A stretch of 64,000 nucleotides of DNA from the NCBI GenBank assembly GCA_040218735.1, contig JAVJQW010000050.1, forward strand, positions 256,001 to 320,000. The letters run 5' to 3'. Under the pieces are notes generated by a model that saw only the letters and a list, made by a program, of their open reading frames with translations, was not told the DNA's origin and did no database searches. Source of the DNA: Deltaproteobacteria bacterium. Its GTDB lineage: Bacteria; Myxococcota; Kuafuiibacteriia; Kuafuiibacteriales; Kuafuiibacteriaceae. Within the stretch, counting starts at the first letter, position 1. Every line of letters starts with the position of its first letter. The translations under genes and the position numbers were made by a program. This document shows, one piece after another, positions 17,812 through 27,483 of this stretch.

Positions 17812-20800
17812 CAGCCTCCGAACGGTTCGTAGAAGCTCGGGAAGTCTCGGACGAATGCGTCCATCCCGTCAGCCCCCGCAAAGATCGCCTCCCAGAACGG
17901 CTCCGTGTTCGTGCGCAACGGCGGGAAGGTGACGCCGAAGCGCTCGCGGAGGACCGCGTCGTTCAGCGACGACACCACCGCGGGCGTCCCGCGGACGTTC
18001 GGGGTGTAGTGGTAGAGGAGGAACGACGCTTCCGCGATCCGTTCGAGGCCCTCGTCGAGCGTGAGGGTCGGGTCGTTGAGGACCTCCGCGTACAGGTCGA
18101 AGGCGTGCTCCTGCACGTGGGCCGGGTCCGTGACCGCGACGTTCACGTCGAAATCCGGGTCGCCCTCCACCCACGCGAACGGCGGGTGGTGAATCTCGAT
18201 GTTTCCGTCCGCGTCCCGCGTGACGACCGACAGCGGGACCTCGCGGCCGTCGACGGTGATCGTGTTTTCCGCCTGGCCGCGGAACGGACGGCTCCACAGC
18301 GGGGAGTCCTCCGGGAGCGCATTCGCGCGATCGAAGTAATAGCGGTGCCGGTTGCCGGGGTTGATGAAGTCGACCGGCGGGAGCCCGGCGCCGGCGTCGG
18401 TGATGAACAGCTCGGCGTCCGGCGTGTTCGAAGCCTCCGCGAGATCGAAGCGCGTCTGCGTGATGTCGTCAAAGGCCGCGCGCACGTCACCGCCGTCCAC
18501 CGGACCGACGTGCTCGCCGAACGTCCGGACGCTGCGCTGAATCGCCGCGCTCATGCCGTCGAGGAACGCCTGCTGGCTCGGGCCGACCTGCACTTCGTTG
18601 TAACCCGGGATGTTCGGAGGGAGGTGCTGTGCCGTGGGGTCGCCGTCCGCCAGCGGGAAGCGGTGGCTCGGCGCGTCGGCCGCGGTGACGTGGGTGTCGA
18701 AGTCGAACGGACGTGTCGCGCGCCCCACCCCGAGCGTGCCGGCGCCCCAGAACCCGATCTGCCCGAGCAACGCGAGCCGCTGTCCGCCCGACAGTTCGTC
18801 GAAGTTCGCGCCCAACGTGTACGCCGCGTCGCTCGCGGCCGCGGTGTCGGCGAGCGTCGCGGTGATGCCGAGGTAACGCTGCGCCGCGGCGACGGGGACG
18901 TGCAGGTGACTCGTCCCGGGGAGGCTCGCGGCGAGCGGCGTCTGGAGCGCGCGGTTCACACCCACCGCGCCGATCGCCAACGTCGACGCGGCGCCCGCGC
19001 CCACGTTCAGCCACGCCGAACGAACGCTCGGGTCCGAGAGGTCGGTCCAGTTCTGTCCGTGCTCCGCACGATCGATGAGCACCTGAGCGCCCTGCCCGGC
19101 CTGCCACGCACCGGACGCCGCGACGACGCCGAGCGCGACGCCGCCGGCCACACCACCGGTACCGGCGACGAGCAGAAAACCGCCGGCGACCGTTCCGCCG
19201 ACCAACGCCGCGGTGTTCACGACTTGCTGCGCACGCTCGGCCGGCGTGTCGGCGGTACGCGGGGTGTTCGCGCGGACGAGGCGACCGTCGAGCGCGCCGC
19301 CCTCGGGCCACACCATGCTCCCGGGTTCGAGCGCGTTGGTGTGTCGCCAGTCGTCGAAGTCGTCGTAGGTGCGGCCCTGGTGATCGACGAAGCGGACCTG
19401 GCTCGGGTCGTCGGCGTCCTCCACGCGGAACAACGGGTACGTGACGGTGCCGATGCTCTCGTGGCTGTACTGAATCGGGAGCACGGTGATCGCCGCGGTG
19501 TCGATGCCGTTCTCCGGATCGTCTTCCACCGCGCGGATCGCGTCGGCGACGTCCGTGACACGATCTTCGGAGGCCTGCGACGCTTCACGCTGCGCTTCGT
19601 ACGCCTCGATCGCGCTCGCGCTCATGGTCGCCCGCTGCTCGGGGGACAGCGGTGGGAGCGCTTCGTAGAGGAGCCCCTCCCCCGCCGCGATCGCGGCCTC
19701 GCGCTCCGCGAGCTCTTCCTCGGTCGCCAGCGGGCTCACCGACACCGCCTCGTTCATCGCGCTCCCGATCGTGTTGTCGAGGTCGGTCCCCTCGAGCACC
19801 ACCGGGCCGTCGGTCCGCGCCGCGTAGTCGTCGAGCACCGGGCGCGCGGCGTCGAAGAGGAGACGCGGGTTGTCGTAGACACTCGCGGTCGCGGTGAAGA
19901 GCTCCGCGTCCCATTCGTCGTGGTCGTGCAGGCGGCGGAGGTTGTCGAGGCGTTCGACCGGCGACACGTTTTGGTTGAAGAGGAAGTCGCGGCCCTGCTC
20001 GGTGGCGAGGACCTCCTCCAAGCGCGGCGCGACCTCGGCGGCGGCGGCGGAGTCCTCGGGGTACCAGTGGCTCGCGAGCGCCGCGGCGAAGTCATCCTCC
20101 GACCCCCGCACAGCGTCCGGCGTCATGGTGAGGAACGCGGTGTTGAGCACGGCGGCGGAGACGTCGCTCGGCGCGCCCATCGCGACCGCCTCGACGATAC
20201 GCCGCTGCATCACGGCGCGGTCGTCCGGATTGGTGGCGTCTTCGTACGCGAGCGACGTCGTGATCGAGACGGCGTCATCGACACCGATCGCCTCCAACGC
20301 GCCGCGCAGCTCCTCGGCGTCCGAGGTCATCGCGACGAACCCGGCCGACAGGTTGGCCGCGTCGCGGTGGCGCCCCTCTTCGGTCGCGAGGACGGAGGTG
20401 CGCGCGAACGCGTCGAGCAGCTCCGCGGACAGCTCGGGTTCGTCCGCGAGCGACGCCGCGAGCGCGTCGAGATCGGCCTGACGGTCCGGGCGATCGGAGG
20501 TCGCCCAGTCCGCCGCCGCTTGGTCGAAGAGGTAGGCGCGCTCGTCGTCGTCGAGCTCGCCGAGCGGCGAGTCGCCGCGCGCGATGTCGACCGCGTCGAA
20601 CAGATCCGTCGCGCCCGCACCGCCGCTCGGCTGCGGGTTGGGCGTGTCACTCGGCCGGTCCGCGTCGCCCGCCTCGAGCAGCGCGTCGATCTCGGCGGCG
20701 CGCTCCGGGAGCGCAAACGGATACCCCGCCGCCTGGACGAGCTCGGGGTCGAAGGTCCAGGCCTGCTCCGGGTCCGGCTCCGGCGCGCGCGTGCGCTCCT

Positions 20801-21101
20801 CGTCGACCGCACCCTGGAGCATCCACGCCGTGTACGTCCCCGCGAACGCCAGCTCGGCGCGCGGCGCGACGGACGCACCCGGGCTCGCCCGCCGCGGCGC
20901 CCCGCTCGCGGGCGCGCTGCCCGACGTCCCGGACGACGACGACGCACCGGACGAGGAAGACGCCCCGGACGACGACGACGCCCCGGACGACGATGATGTC
21001 GTGGACGGCGCCGCCGGCTTCGCGGGAGCCGAGCCGCCCTTCAGCGCCCGTAGCTGCGAGGGGGACAGATCCGACGTACGCCGAATGGATTTCGTACCCA
21101 T
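17811..21101 (-). CDS. Large DUF4781-like protein with candidate C-terminal Fido/AvrB-like domain (putative polymorphic effector)
   Basis: PLFRV...FVDHQGRTYDDFDDWRHTNAL, Gly/Ala-rich hydrophobic helices, C-terminal LYHYTPNVRGTPAV; no signal peptide. Confidence 0.75.
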   Translation of the reverse strand: MGTKSIRRTSDLSPSQLRALKGGSAPAKPAAPSTTSSSSGASSSSGASSSSGASSSSGTSGSAPASGAPRRASPGASVAPRAELAFAGTYTAWMLQGAVDEERTRAPEPDPEQAWTFDPELVQAAGYPFALPERAAEIDALLEAGDADRPSDTPNPQPSGGAGATDLFDAVDIARGDSPLGELDDDERAYLFDQAAADWATSDRPDRQADLDALAASLADEPELSAELLDAFARTSVLATEEGRHRDAANLSAGFVAMTSDAEELRGALEAIGVDDAVSITTSLAYEDATNPDDRAVMQRRIVEAVAMGAPSDVSAAVLNTAFLTMTPDAVRGSEDDFAAALASHWYPEDSAAAAEVAPRLEEVLATEQGRDFLFNQNVSPVERLDNLRRLHDHDEWDAELFTATASVYDNPRLLFDAARPVLDDYAARTDGPVVLEGTDLDNTIGSAMNEAVSVSPLATEEELAEREAAIAAGEGLLYEALPPLSPEQRATMSASAIEAYEAQREASQASEDRVTDVADAIRAVEDDPENGIDTAAITVLPIQYSHESIGTVTYPLFRVEDADDPSQVRFVDHQGRTYDDFDDWRHTNALEPGSMVWPEGGALDGRLVRANTPRTADTPAERAQQVVNTAALVGGTVAGGFLLVAGTGGVAGGVALGVVAASGAWQAGQGAQVLIDRAEHGQNWTDLSDPSVRSAWLNVGAGAASTLAIGAVGVNRALQTPLAASLPGTSHLHVPVAAAQRYLGITATLADTAAASDAAYTLGANFDELSGGQRLALLGQIGFWGAGTLGVGRATRPFDFDTHVTAADAPSHRFPLADGDPTAQHLPPNIPGYNEVQVGPSQQAFLDGMSAAIQRSVRTFGEHVGPVDGGDVRAAFDDITQTRFDLAEASNTPDAELFITDAGAGLPPVDFINPGNRHRYYFDRANALPEDSPLWSRPFRGQAENTITVDGREVPLSVVTRDADGNIEIHHPPFAWVEGDPDFDVNVAVTDPAHVQEHAFDLYAEVLNDPTLTLDEGLERIAEASFLLYHYTPNVRGTPAVVSSLNDAVLRERFGVTFPPLRTNTEPFWEAIFAGADGMDAFVRDFPSFYEPFGG
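20923..21000 (-). repeat. 18-bp tandem repeat encoding SSSSGA
   Basis: About four copies of ccggacgacgacgacgc-like units in the N-terminal low-complexity region. Confidence 0.8.
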
Positions 21102-21187
21102 CCAGCGACCACGGTCGCAGCCTGGCCCGCGGGGCGCAGTTACCTAGGAATTACAGACACTTAGTGACTCAGCGCACGTGCGCCAGG

Positions 21188-22282
21188 TCACCCTTCGAGC
21201 TCGGCGAGGTAGAGGGTCTTCATGCGCTCCAGCGACTTGGTGGTCTGGTCGACCCACTCGTTCTTCTCGCCGACCCGCTGCGCCATCTGCAGCGACTGCT
21301 CGTAGACCTTGATCGCCTTCACCACGAGCACACTCACACGTTTGCGCAGCTCCTCCAGGTAGACGTTCTTCGCCTCCTCGTCGAGGTCGGGCGGCACCGG
21401 GACGTCGAGGAGATCGTCGTAGAGCTTTTCGTACAGGTTGCCGATCCGGAACCCCGCCGCCGTCGCCCAGCCGGTGTGGCCGACGCGAATCGTGCGGATG
21501 AAGTTGTTCTGCGCGCGCAGCAGGAGCTTGCACTTCGCCTCCAGCTCCTTGCCCATCATCTCGACCCACTTGTCCTGGTCAGCCTTGGGCGGCGACAGCT
21601 TCGTCTTCTCGAACTCCCGCGCGTAGATCTCCCCGAGGTAGAAGCGCGACTGCCCGACCCAGTAGTCCGCCGGCAGGTACTCGAGCTTGCTCTGCGATTG
21701 GTAGAACGTAATCGCGCTCATGAACTCCGTCTCGGCCGTGACGTAGTCGCCCTGCATGAACATGCCGACGCCCTGCCCCACGCGCGCCTCCAGCTCGTCC
21801 ATCGGCGTGAGGTCGTCGAGGTGCCGGATCGCCCAGAACGTGTCCGCAACCTCGACCCAGCGCGACAGCTTCCCGAGCACGAAACACTTCCGGAAGTAGG
21901 CGTCCTTGAAGCTCTTCGACCCGCGGTGATCCGCGATGATCTTCTCGTAGCGCTCGAGCGACTTGTCGTATTCGACGAGCGCCTCGAACGCGAGGCCCGC
22001 GTTGTACTGCGCCGCGGGCACGTGCTTCGACTCCGGGAACTCGGCGACGAGTTTGTCGTAGATCTCGATCGCCTTGTCGTGATCACCGTTGGCGTACAGC
22101 CGGTTGCCGACCTCGAGGAGCGCCTCGGCGTCGTACCCGTCGAGCCCCGTCAGCGGGTCCTTGTCCGCCTTCACGAGGATCGGCTCCATCGCCACCTTCT
22201 CGGGCTGCGGAGCGGTCGCGGTCTTGGTCGTCGCGCAGGCGCCGAGCAGCAGCGCCACGGGGAGCAGATCGAGCCTCTTCAA
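21188..22282 (-). CDS. TPR lipoprotein (BamD/YfiO-like)
   Basis: TTG start after AAAGGA; lipobox LLGAC; AIEIYDKLVAEFPESKHVPAAQYNAG repeats. Confidence 0.85.
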   Translation of the reverse strand: MKRLDLLPVALLLGACATTKTATAPQPEKVAMEPILVKADKDPLTGLDGYDAEALLEVGNRLYANGDHDKAIEIYDKLVAEFPESKHVPAAQYNAGLAFEALVEYDKSLERYEKIIADHRGSKSFKDAYFRKCFVLGKLSRWVEVADTFWAIRHLDDLTPMDELEARVGQGVGMFMQGDYVTAETEFMSAITFYQSQSKLEYLPADYWVGQSRFYLGEIYAREFEKTKLSPPKADQDKWVEMMGKELEAKCKLLLRAQNNFIRTIRVGHTGWATAAGFRIGNLYEKLYDDLLDVPVPPDLDEEAKNVYLEELRKRVSVLVVKAIKVYEQSLQMAQRVGEKNEWVDQTTKSLERMKTLYLAELEG

Positions 22283-22470
22283 ACCACCGGTCCTTTCGCG
22301 CGCGCGCATCGACACCATTATGATGTTCGGACGCCCGCCTCGAAAAGTGGACAACGGAGGGAGGCAAACTGTTTCGGAATCCGCACGGTCCGACCGCTTT
22401 TTTCGCGTTCGGTCAGCTCGGTCGCGCCGGTCAGCGGGCGCTGCGGGGTTCCCTCCTCCGGTCGGCGTGC

Positions 22471-23625
22471 TCAGTCCGTCGAGCTCTCGCCGAAGAGGTG
22501 ACGCCGGAGCTGCTCGAGGCCGAGGAGGTCGTGGACGTCGCGGGGGAGCTGCGGGATCAGCACGACGGGGACGTCGAGCCGGTTGTCGAGTGACGTCCGC
22601 GCCTCGACGTGGGCCACGGCGCGATCCCGCGTCAGCTCCGCCTCGCGGTGCAGGCGGGCCGCGAGATCGGCGGTGCCCCCCTCGGCCACCACCGCCGCCT
22701 CCAAGGCGTCGAGGGCCGGGCACGGCTCGCCGCCGAAGGGGTCGGGCGTCGCGCGGTTGAGCACCGCCGCGCCGACGTGGATCCCGTGGGACGTCAACCG
22801 CTCGTGGAACTGTCCGGCGGCGTCGACGCCGGACGTGTTCGGCGTGGAGATCACGAAGAACGTGGTGTCGTCCGCCTCGAGGATCTTGCGCACCGCCTTC
22901 GCGCGCTCGCGGAAGCCGTCGAACATCCCCGAGAAACCCGCGAGCAGCTCGGCGAGCTCCTGCAGCAGCTCCGCCCCCGTGAAGCGCGAAATCGTCCGTA
23001 GGAAGAAAGACGACCCCGCGTCGAAGAGCTTCCTCGACGTGCGCTTCTTGTTGAGCGCGGGTTCGAGGAGCCAGCGCGTCGCGTCGTTGTCGAGCGCGTT
23101 GAGCATCCGCGACGGCGCCTCGAGAAAGTCCATCGCGTGGTTCGACGGCGGCGTGTCGAGGACGATCAGATCCAGCGGGTCCTCGTCGCGGCAGGACAGC
23201 TCATAGAGCTTCTCCATCGCCATGTACTCCTGCGAGCCGGCGAGCGCCGTCGACATCGTCACGTACATCCGGCTCTCGAGGAGCTTCTTCTTCTTCGCCG
23301 GGTCGGGGTGATACCGCGTGACGACGTCGTCCCAGGTCTGCTTGATGTCGAGCATCATCGCGGTCATCCGCCCCTTGGGCGGCGGCAGGCCCACGGCTTC
23401 GAACGCCGCGGCATCCACGTCCCGCTCGACGTTGCCGATCTGCGGCATCCCCAACGCGTTCGCCAGGCGGCGCGCCGGGTCGATCGTCAACACACAGGTC
23501 CGACGCCCCGCGGCCGCGCCCTGCATCGCGATCGCGGCGGACGTCGACGTCTTGCCGACCCCGCCGGGGCCGACGCAGACGACACACCGCGCGCGCGACA
23601 ACGGCGACGCGAGCGTGTCAGCCAC
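22471..23625 (-). CDS. ArsA/GET3-family ATPase, paralog B
   Basis: GPGGVGKTS, LTIDPARRLANALG, DTPP; start overlaps the upstream paralog. Confidence 0.9.
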   Translation of the reverse strand: MADTLASPLSRARCVVCVGPGGVGKTSTSAAIAMQGAAAGRRTCVLTIDPARRLANALGMPQIGNVERDVDAAAFEAVGLPPPKGRMTAMMLDIKQTWDDVVTRYHPDPAKKKKLLESRMYVTMSTALAGSQEYMAMEKLYELSCRDEDPLDLIVLDTPPSNHAMDFLEAPSRMLNALDNDATRWLLEPALNKKRTSRKLFDAGSSFFLRTISRFTGAELLQELAELLAGFSGMFDGFRERAKAVRKILEADDTTFFVISTPNTSGVDAAGQFHERLTSHGIHVGAAVLNRATPDPFGGEPCPALDALEAAVVAEGGTADLAARLHREAELTRDRAVAHVEARTSLDNRLDVPVVLIPQLPRDVHDLLGLEQLRRHLFGESSTD

Positions 23626-24604
23626 CCTGGGCCTCCTTCGCGGACGACTCCCCCGCGGCCTCGTCGAGGATCGACACCACCGTATCGAGATCGAAGCGGC
23701 CGTCGGGCGTGGTCTCGGCGACGTCCGGGACGACGAGGGTCGGCAACGCACTGTCCTCCGCGAAGCGCTCGGCGTGCTCGGACTGCCAGCGCTCGCGATC
23801 GCTCCGGAGCTGGGCCACGCTCGCGAACGGCGCCATCGCCTCCGGCAGGCGACCGATCACTTCGAGCGCCTCCGCGTCGAAGCGCTCTTCGAGGACGCGG
23901 TTCACGAACCCGAGGCCCGGTCGCATGCGGACCCGCTCGACACCCATCTTCAGCACGTCGAGGCCTTCGTTCACCGGCATCTCCTCCGGCAGGCAGACCA
24001 CGTGCAGGCAGGCGTCGTCTTGCGACTCGAGGAGCGCGGCCATCTTCTCCGCGAAGTCGCGCATGACCCCCTTGGGCGCGACGTTCGCGACCGTGCGCGC
24101 CACCGACAGGAAGGTGATCGCGTGCCCCGTCGCTGGCGCGTCGATCACGATGCGCTCGTACTTGAGCGCGCCGTCCTCGCGCCGCTCCTCGGAGTGGTAC
24201 CAAGCCTTGCCCGACATCGTGAATTCACCGAGCGACGGGATGGACCGCAGCAGGTACTTCACCAGCCGGTTCTCGAACACGAGGTTGTAGAGCGCCTTGA
24301 ACTTGAGGACGAGGAGCGCGTACTCCTTCATCGATCCGGTCGGCGTCATCCGGCACAGCCACAGGTTGTTGAACGCCTCCCGCGGCGAATCGACCGCCGG
24401 CTGCACACCCATCGCGCGCGCGGCGTCGTCCGGGGCGTCGACCTCGAGCAGGAGCGTCCGGTAGCCGGCCCGCGCGAGTTTGTGCGCGAGGCCCGCCGCG
24501 ATCGTGGTGCGCCCCACGCCGCCCTTCCCGGCCACCACGTGCACACGCCGGGCGAGGTGCGCGCGGACGACGGCCGGATCCGGCGTGGGGATGGACGGCC
24601 CCAT
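23618..24604 (-). CDS. ArsA/GET3-family ATPase, paralog A
   Basis: GKGGVGRTT, IDAPATGH, LPEEMPVNE; start is 24604 or 24616. Confidence 0.88.
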   Translation of the reverse strand: MGPSIPTPDPAVVRAHLARRVHVVAGKGGVGRTTIAAGLAHKLARAGYRTLLLEVDAPDDAARAMGVQPAVDSPREAFNNLWLCRMTPTGSMKEYALLVLKFKALYNLVFENRLVKYLLRSIPSLGEFTMSGKAWYHSEERREDGALKYERIVIDAPATGHAITFLSVARTVANVAPKGVMRDFAEKMAALLESQDDACLHVVCLPEEMPVNEGLDVLKMGVERVRMRPGLGFVNRVLEERFDAEALEVIGRLPEAMAPFASVAQLRSDRERWQSEHAERFAEDSALPTLVVPDVAETTPDGRFDLDTVVSILDEAAGESSAKEAQGG

Positions 24605-24669
24605 GCGAGCGGTCATTGCATGTTTGATTCGGTTGGTCGATCGCCAAAAGTGCTGCATAGTCCGCCGCC

Positions 24670-25146
24670 ATGGCGCTGGATCCCGCCTTCGTCGCGGACT
24701 GTCCCTACGGTCCGGGCGGCCTGCTGATCGACGACATCATCGAAATCGACGAAGCCAACAGCCGCGTCGTCGCGCAGTTCCCGACCCGCGATTCACTCCC
24801 GCTGACCCGCGAGCAGCGAAACCACCCCGTGCGACACCCCGCCCACGTCTCGGGCGGGCTGATGGTCCACATGACCGGGATGGTGGGGTTCGTCCACGCC
24901 TACTACGTGCTCGGCCTGCGTCACGCCGACGGCTGGATCGGCTACGGCGTGCGCATCCACGACGCCCGCTTCGCCGCGCTCGCCAGCCCCGGAGCACCCA
25001 TGCTGCTGGAAGCCCACGCGACGCGGGTGCGCCACATCCGCGATCAGTACTTCGCGCGCTACCGGTTCCACTTCACGCAGGACGGGACCACGATCTACGA
25101 GGGCGACCAGACCGCGATCTGGCAGCGGGTCACCGAAGAACCCTGA
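24670..25146 (+). CDS. Hotdog-fold (FabA/FabZ-like) protein
   Basis: PYGPGGLLIDDI, HVSGGLM, RFAALASPG pattern resembling FabZ-type dehydratases. Confidence 0.65.
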   Translation: MALDPAFVADCPYGPGGLLIDDIIEIDEANSRVVAQFPTRDSLPLTREQRNHPVRHPAHVSGGLMVHMTGMVGFVHAYYVLGLRHADGWIGYGVRIHDARFAALASPGAPMLLEAHATRVRHIRDQYFARYRFHFTQDGTTIYEGDQTAIWQRVTEEP

Positions 25147-25215
25147 CCGTCTCATTCTTCAACGGTCCACCGTGCATCCTTTACCCTTGGGATCAGGTGG
25201 CCGAACGACCCTAGC

Positions 25216-26667
25216 GTGGTTCTCAAGAAGGCTAGGACGCTCCGGGGTGCGATCTTCGCGGCGGTGGCCCCGTCCGTGGCGCTCGCCTTTACCGTCGCGT
25301 GTGGCCTGCCACTCGCGCACTACGTGTTCCGGGCGCGGCTCGCGCAGGCGTCGCACGAGCTCTCGGCCGCGCAGCTCGCGCGCGTCGAGCGGCTCGCCAG
25401 CGTGGCCGAGGTGCCCGTCACCGTCATCAGTGTCCTCGCGGTGATCGTGGCCGTGGTGTGTGTCCTCCTCGCGCACCGCGCCGGAAAACACATCGAGCGT
25501 CGCGTCACCGGCGTCGCCGAGCTCGCCGAGTCGGTGCTGACCGGAGGGATGCTCCCGCTCGACAACGACGAAAGCGACGACTCCCTACGCCACCTCTCCG
25601 ACGAGCTGTGCCGCATCGCGGGGGCGCTCGCGGAGCGTGACGCCTCCGTGCGCGAAGACGCGTTTCGACAGGAGCTCGACGCGCGCGTCCAGAACGCCAT
25701 GATGATGGCCGAGTCCGAGCCCGACGTTTACGAGATCACCCGCCGCGCCGTGGACACACTCATCCCCGGTCGCCCCGCCGAGCTGTTGATGGCCGACGCG
25801 AGCAACGCACACCTTCGCAGCGTCGCGACGTGCGGACCACACGCGCCCGCGTGTGGTGTCGCGTCCCCGCGTCTCTGCCACGCGGTTCGCCGCGGGCAGA
25901 CGATCCACTCGACCGACACCCGAGCCATCGACGCCTGCCCACGTCTCACGGACCGCGACAGACCGGTGCAGGCCGCCGTGTGTGTGCCTGTCAACGTCAT
26001 GGGGAAGACCGTCGGCGTGCTGCACGCGACGACCGAACACAGCAACCCGCTCTCCGCACCCGCCATCCGCGAGCTCGAGCAGGTCGTTCGCCACCTCGGC
26101 GCGCACACCGGCATGATCCGCGCGCTGGAGACCTCGCAGCTGCAAGCGCAGACGGATCCGCTCACGGGCCTGCTCAACCGCCGATCGCTCGAGACACGGT
26201 CGAGCACGATGCTCGTCGACGACCAGATCGGCGCGGTGCTCGTCGCCGACCTCGACCACTTCAAACGCCTCAACGACACGCACGGGCACGACGCGGGCGA
26301 CCGCGCGCTGCGACTCTATTCGCAGGTCCTCCGCCAGACGCTGCGCCCGACGGACCTCGTCGCGCGCTTCGGCGGTGAAGAGTTCGTGTGTGTGCTGCCG
26401 GGCGTCGACGCGCAGACCGCAGCGAACGTCGCCGACCGCGTCCGCGAAGCGCTCGCCCAAGCGGTCGACCGTAGCGGCGGCCCGGCGTTCACGTCGTCCT
26501 TCGGCGTCGCCGGCTTCCCGCACCACGGCGCCACGCTCGAAGAGCTCGTCCAGGTCGGCGACCAAGCGCTCTACGAAGCGAAGAAGAACGGGCGCGACCG
26601 TGTCGAGGTCGCCGGCAGCGCACCACGGCCCGTGCCGGACACCTCCGCGAACGACGAGGCGGCCTGA
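25216..26667 (+). CDS. Membrane diguanylate cyclase (TM, HAMP-like, GAF, GGDEF)
   Basis: DPLTGLLNRR, DLDHFKRLNDTHGH, RPTD I-site, RFGGEEF. Confidence 0.93.
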   Translation: MVLKKARTLRGAIFAAVAPSVALAFTVACGLPLAHYVFRARLAQASHELSAAQLARVERLASVAEVPVTVISVLAVIVAVVCVLLAHRAGKHIERRVTGVAELAESVLTGGMLPLDNDESDDSLRHLSDELCRIAGALAERDASVREDAFRQELDARVQNAMMMAESEPDVYEITRRAVDTLIPGRPAELLMADASNAHLRSVATCGPHAPACGVASPRLCHAVRRGQTIHSTDTRAIDACPRLTDRDRPVQAAVCVPVNVMGKTVGVLHATTEHSNPLSAPAIRELEQVVRHLGAHTGMIRALETSQLQAQTDPLTGLLNRRSLETRSSTMLVDDQIGAVLVADLDHFKRLNDTHGHDAGDRALRLYSQVLRQTLRPTDLVARFGGEEFVCVLPGVDAQTAANVADRVREALAQAVDRSGGPAFTSSFGVAGFPHHGATLEELVQVGDQALYEAKKNGRDRVEVAGSAPRPVPDTSANDEAA

Positions 26668-26669
26668 GC

Positions 26670-27395
26670 TCAGCCCCAGCCGATGTCCCGGCCGCGACCC
26701 TGACCGAACATCCCTCCGAAGGGCATCCGGCTCGGCATCTGTGACAGGTGCGGCGCGCGTTGCGCGACGCGACGCGGCCGAGGTGCCGTCTCCTCCTTCG
26801 GGGCACGTTCGATGACGACACCCCCGAACCCACCTTCGGGGTGGAGATCCACGAGCAGCGCCCGCACCGGGTACTCCGTCTCGATGCGCGAAAGCACCCG
26901 CGCCCAGTCGGCCCGCACCGCGTCGGGGCCGCGCCGCAGGTGCACGCCGCCGGTGAGGACCACGCGTGCGTCGTCGCGACTCCAGTCCACGACGCGCATG
27001 ACCTCCTTCGCGAGGTGCTCGATGCCGCGCCGGTCGTCGGGGAGGCCGCCGCAGGTTTGCGCGGAGCCGGAGCAGTTGCAGATGCCCTTGCCGAGGTAGA
27101 CGCCGCTCATGCTCCCGTCCGCGAACGGGAACGGCGCGTTGTTGTCCATGACCACGTCCTGCTGGTCGCGGAAGAACAGATCGGCGCGCAGGGCGTTCCG
27201 CGGATACTTCCGCCGCCCCAAGAAGTCCTGGCTGGGCTCGGGCCCCGCGCTGAGGACGAGGAGCTGGCCCTCCTGCGAGAAGTGCTTGAAATTCCCGTGG
27301 ATCGCCTCCCAAGGGCCGCGGGCCGGGTGGACCTGAACCGGGAAGCGAGGAGCGGTCGGCCCTCCATATTGTGGGCCTACGCCTACAGTGCGCAC
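26670..27395 (-). CDS. Hypothetical protein without signal peptide
   Basis: GAGG RBS with GTG start; 241-aa ORF fills the gap between two real genes. Confidence 0.65.
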   Translation of the reverse strand: MRTVGVGPQYGGPTAPRFPVQVHPARGPWEAIHGNFKHFSQEGQLLVLSAGPEPSQDFLGRRKYPRNALRADLFFRDQQDVVMDNNAPFPFADGSMSGVYLGKGICNCSGSAQTCGGLPDDRRGIEHLAKEVMRVVDWSRDDARVVLTGGVHLRRGPDAVRADWARVLSRIETEYPVRALLVDLHPEGGFGGVVIERAPKEETAPRPRRVAQRAPHLSQMPSRMPFGGMFGQGRGRDIGWG

Positions 27396-27401
27396 ACCTC
27401 T

Positions 27402-27427
27402 TTATCGCGGCGCGCGGACCTGGGTTG
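27402..27427 (-). promoter_or_regulatory. Candidate sigma28/FliA-WhiG-like promoter (CAAC-N16-CGATAA)
   Basis: Minus strand reads CAACccaggtccgcgcgccgCGATAA just upstream of the RBS of 26670..27395. Confidence 0.45.
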
Positions 27428-27483
27428 TGCGATTCGAACGTCCAGGTTCGGCCCCGGGGGAGGCCGAATGACCCAACCGCCGG

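Noticed and set aside
17691-20996. 1101-aa plus-strand ORF, and similar long antisense ORFs such as 3174..5204, 8973..11120, 11333..13717 and 33154..35172
   Set aside because: Arg/Val-rich antisense shadows of motif-bearing genes, expected at this GC content.
22471-24604. Arsenic resistance operon
   Set aside because: No arsB/acr3/arsC/arsR nearby, and the pair resembles GET3-like tandem ATPases.
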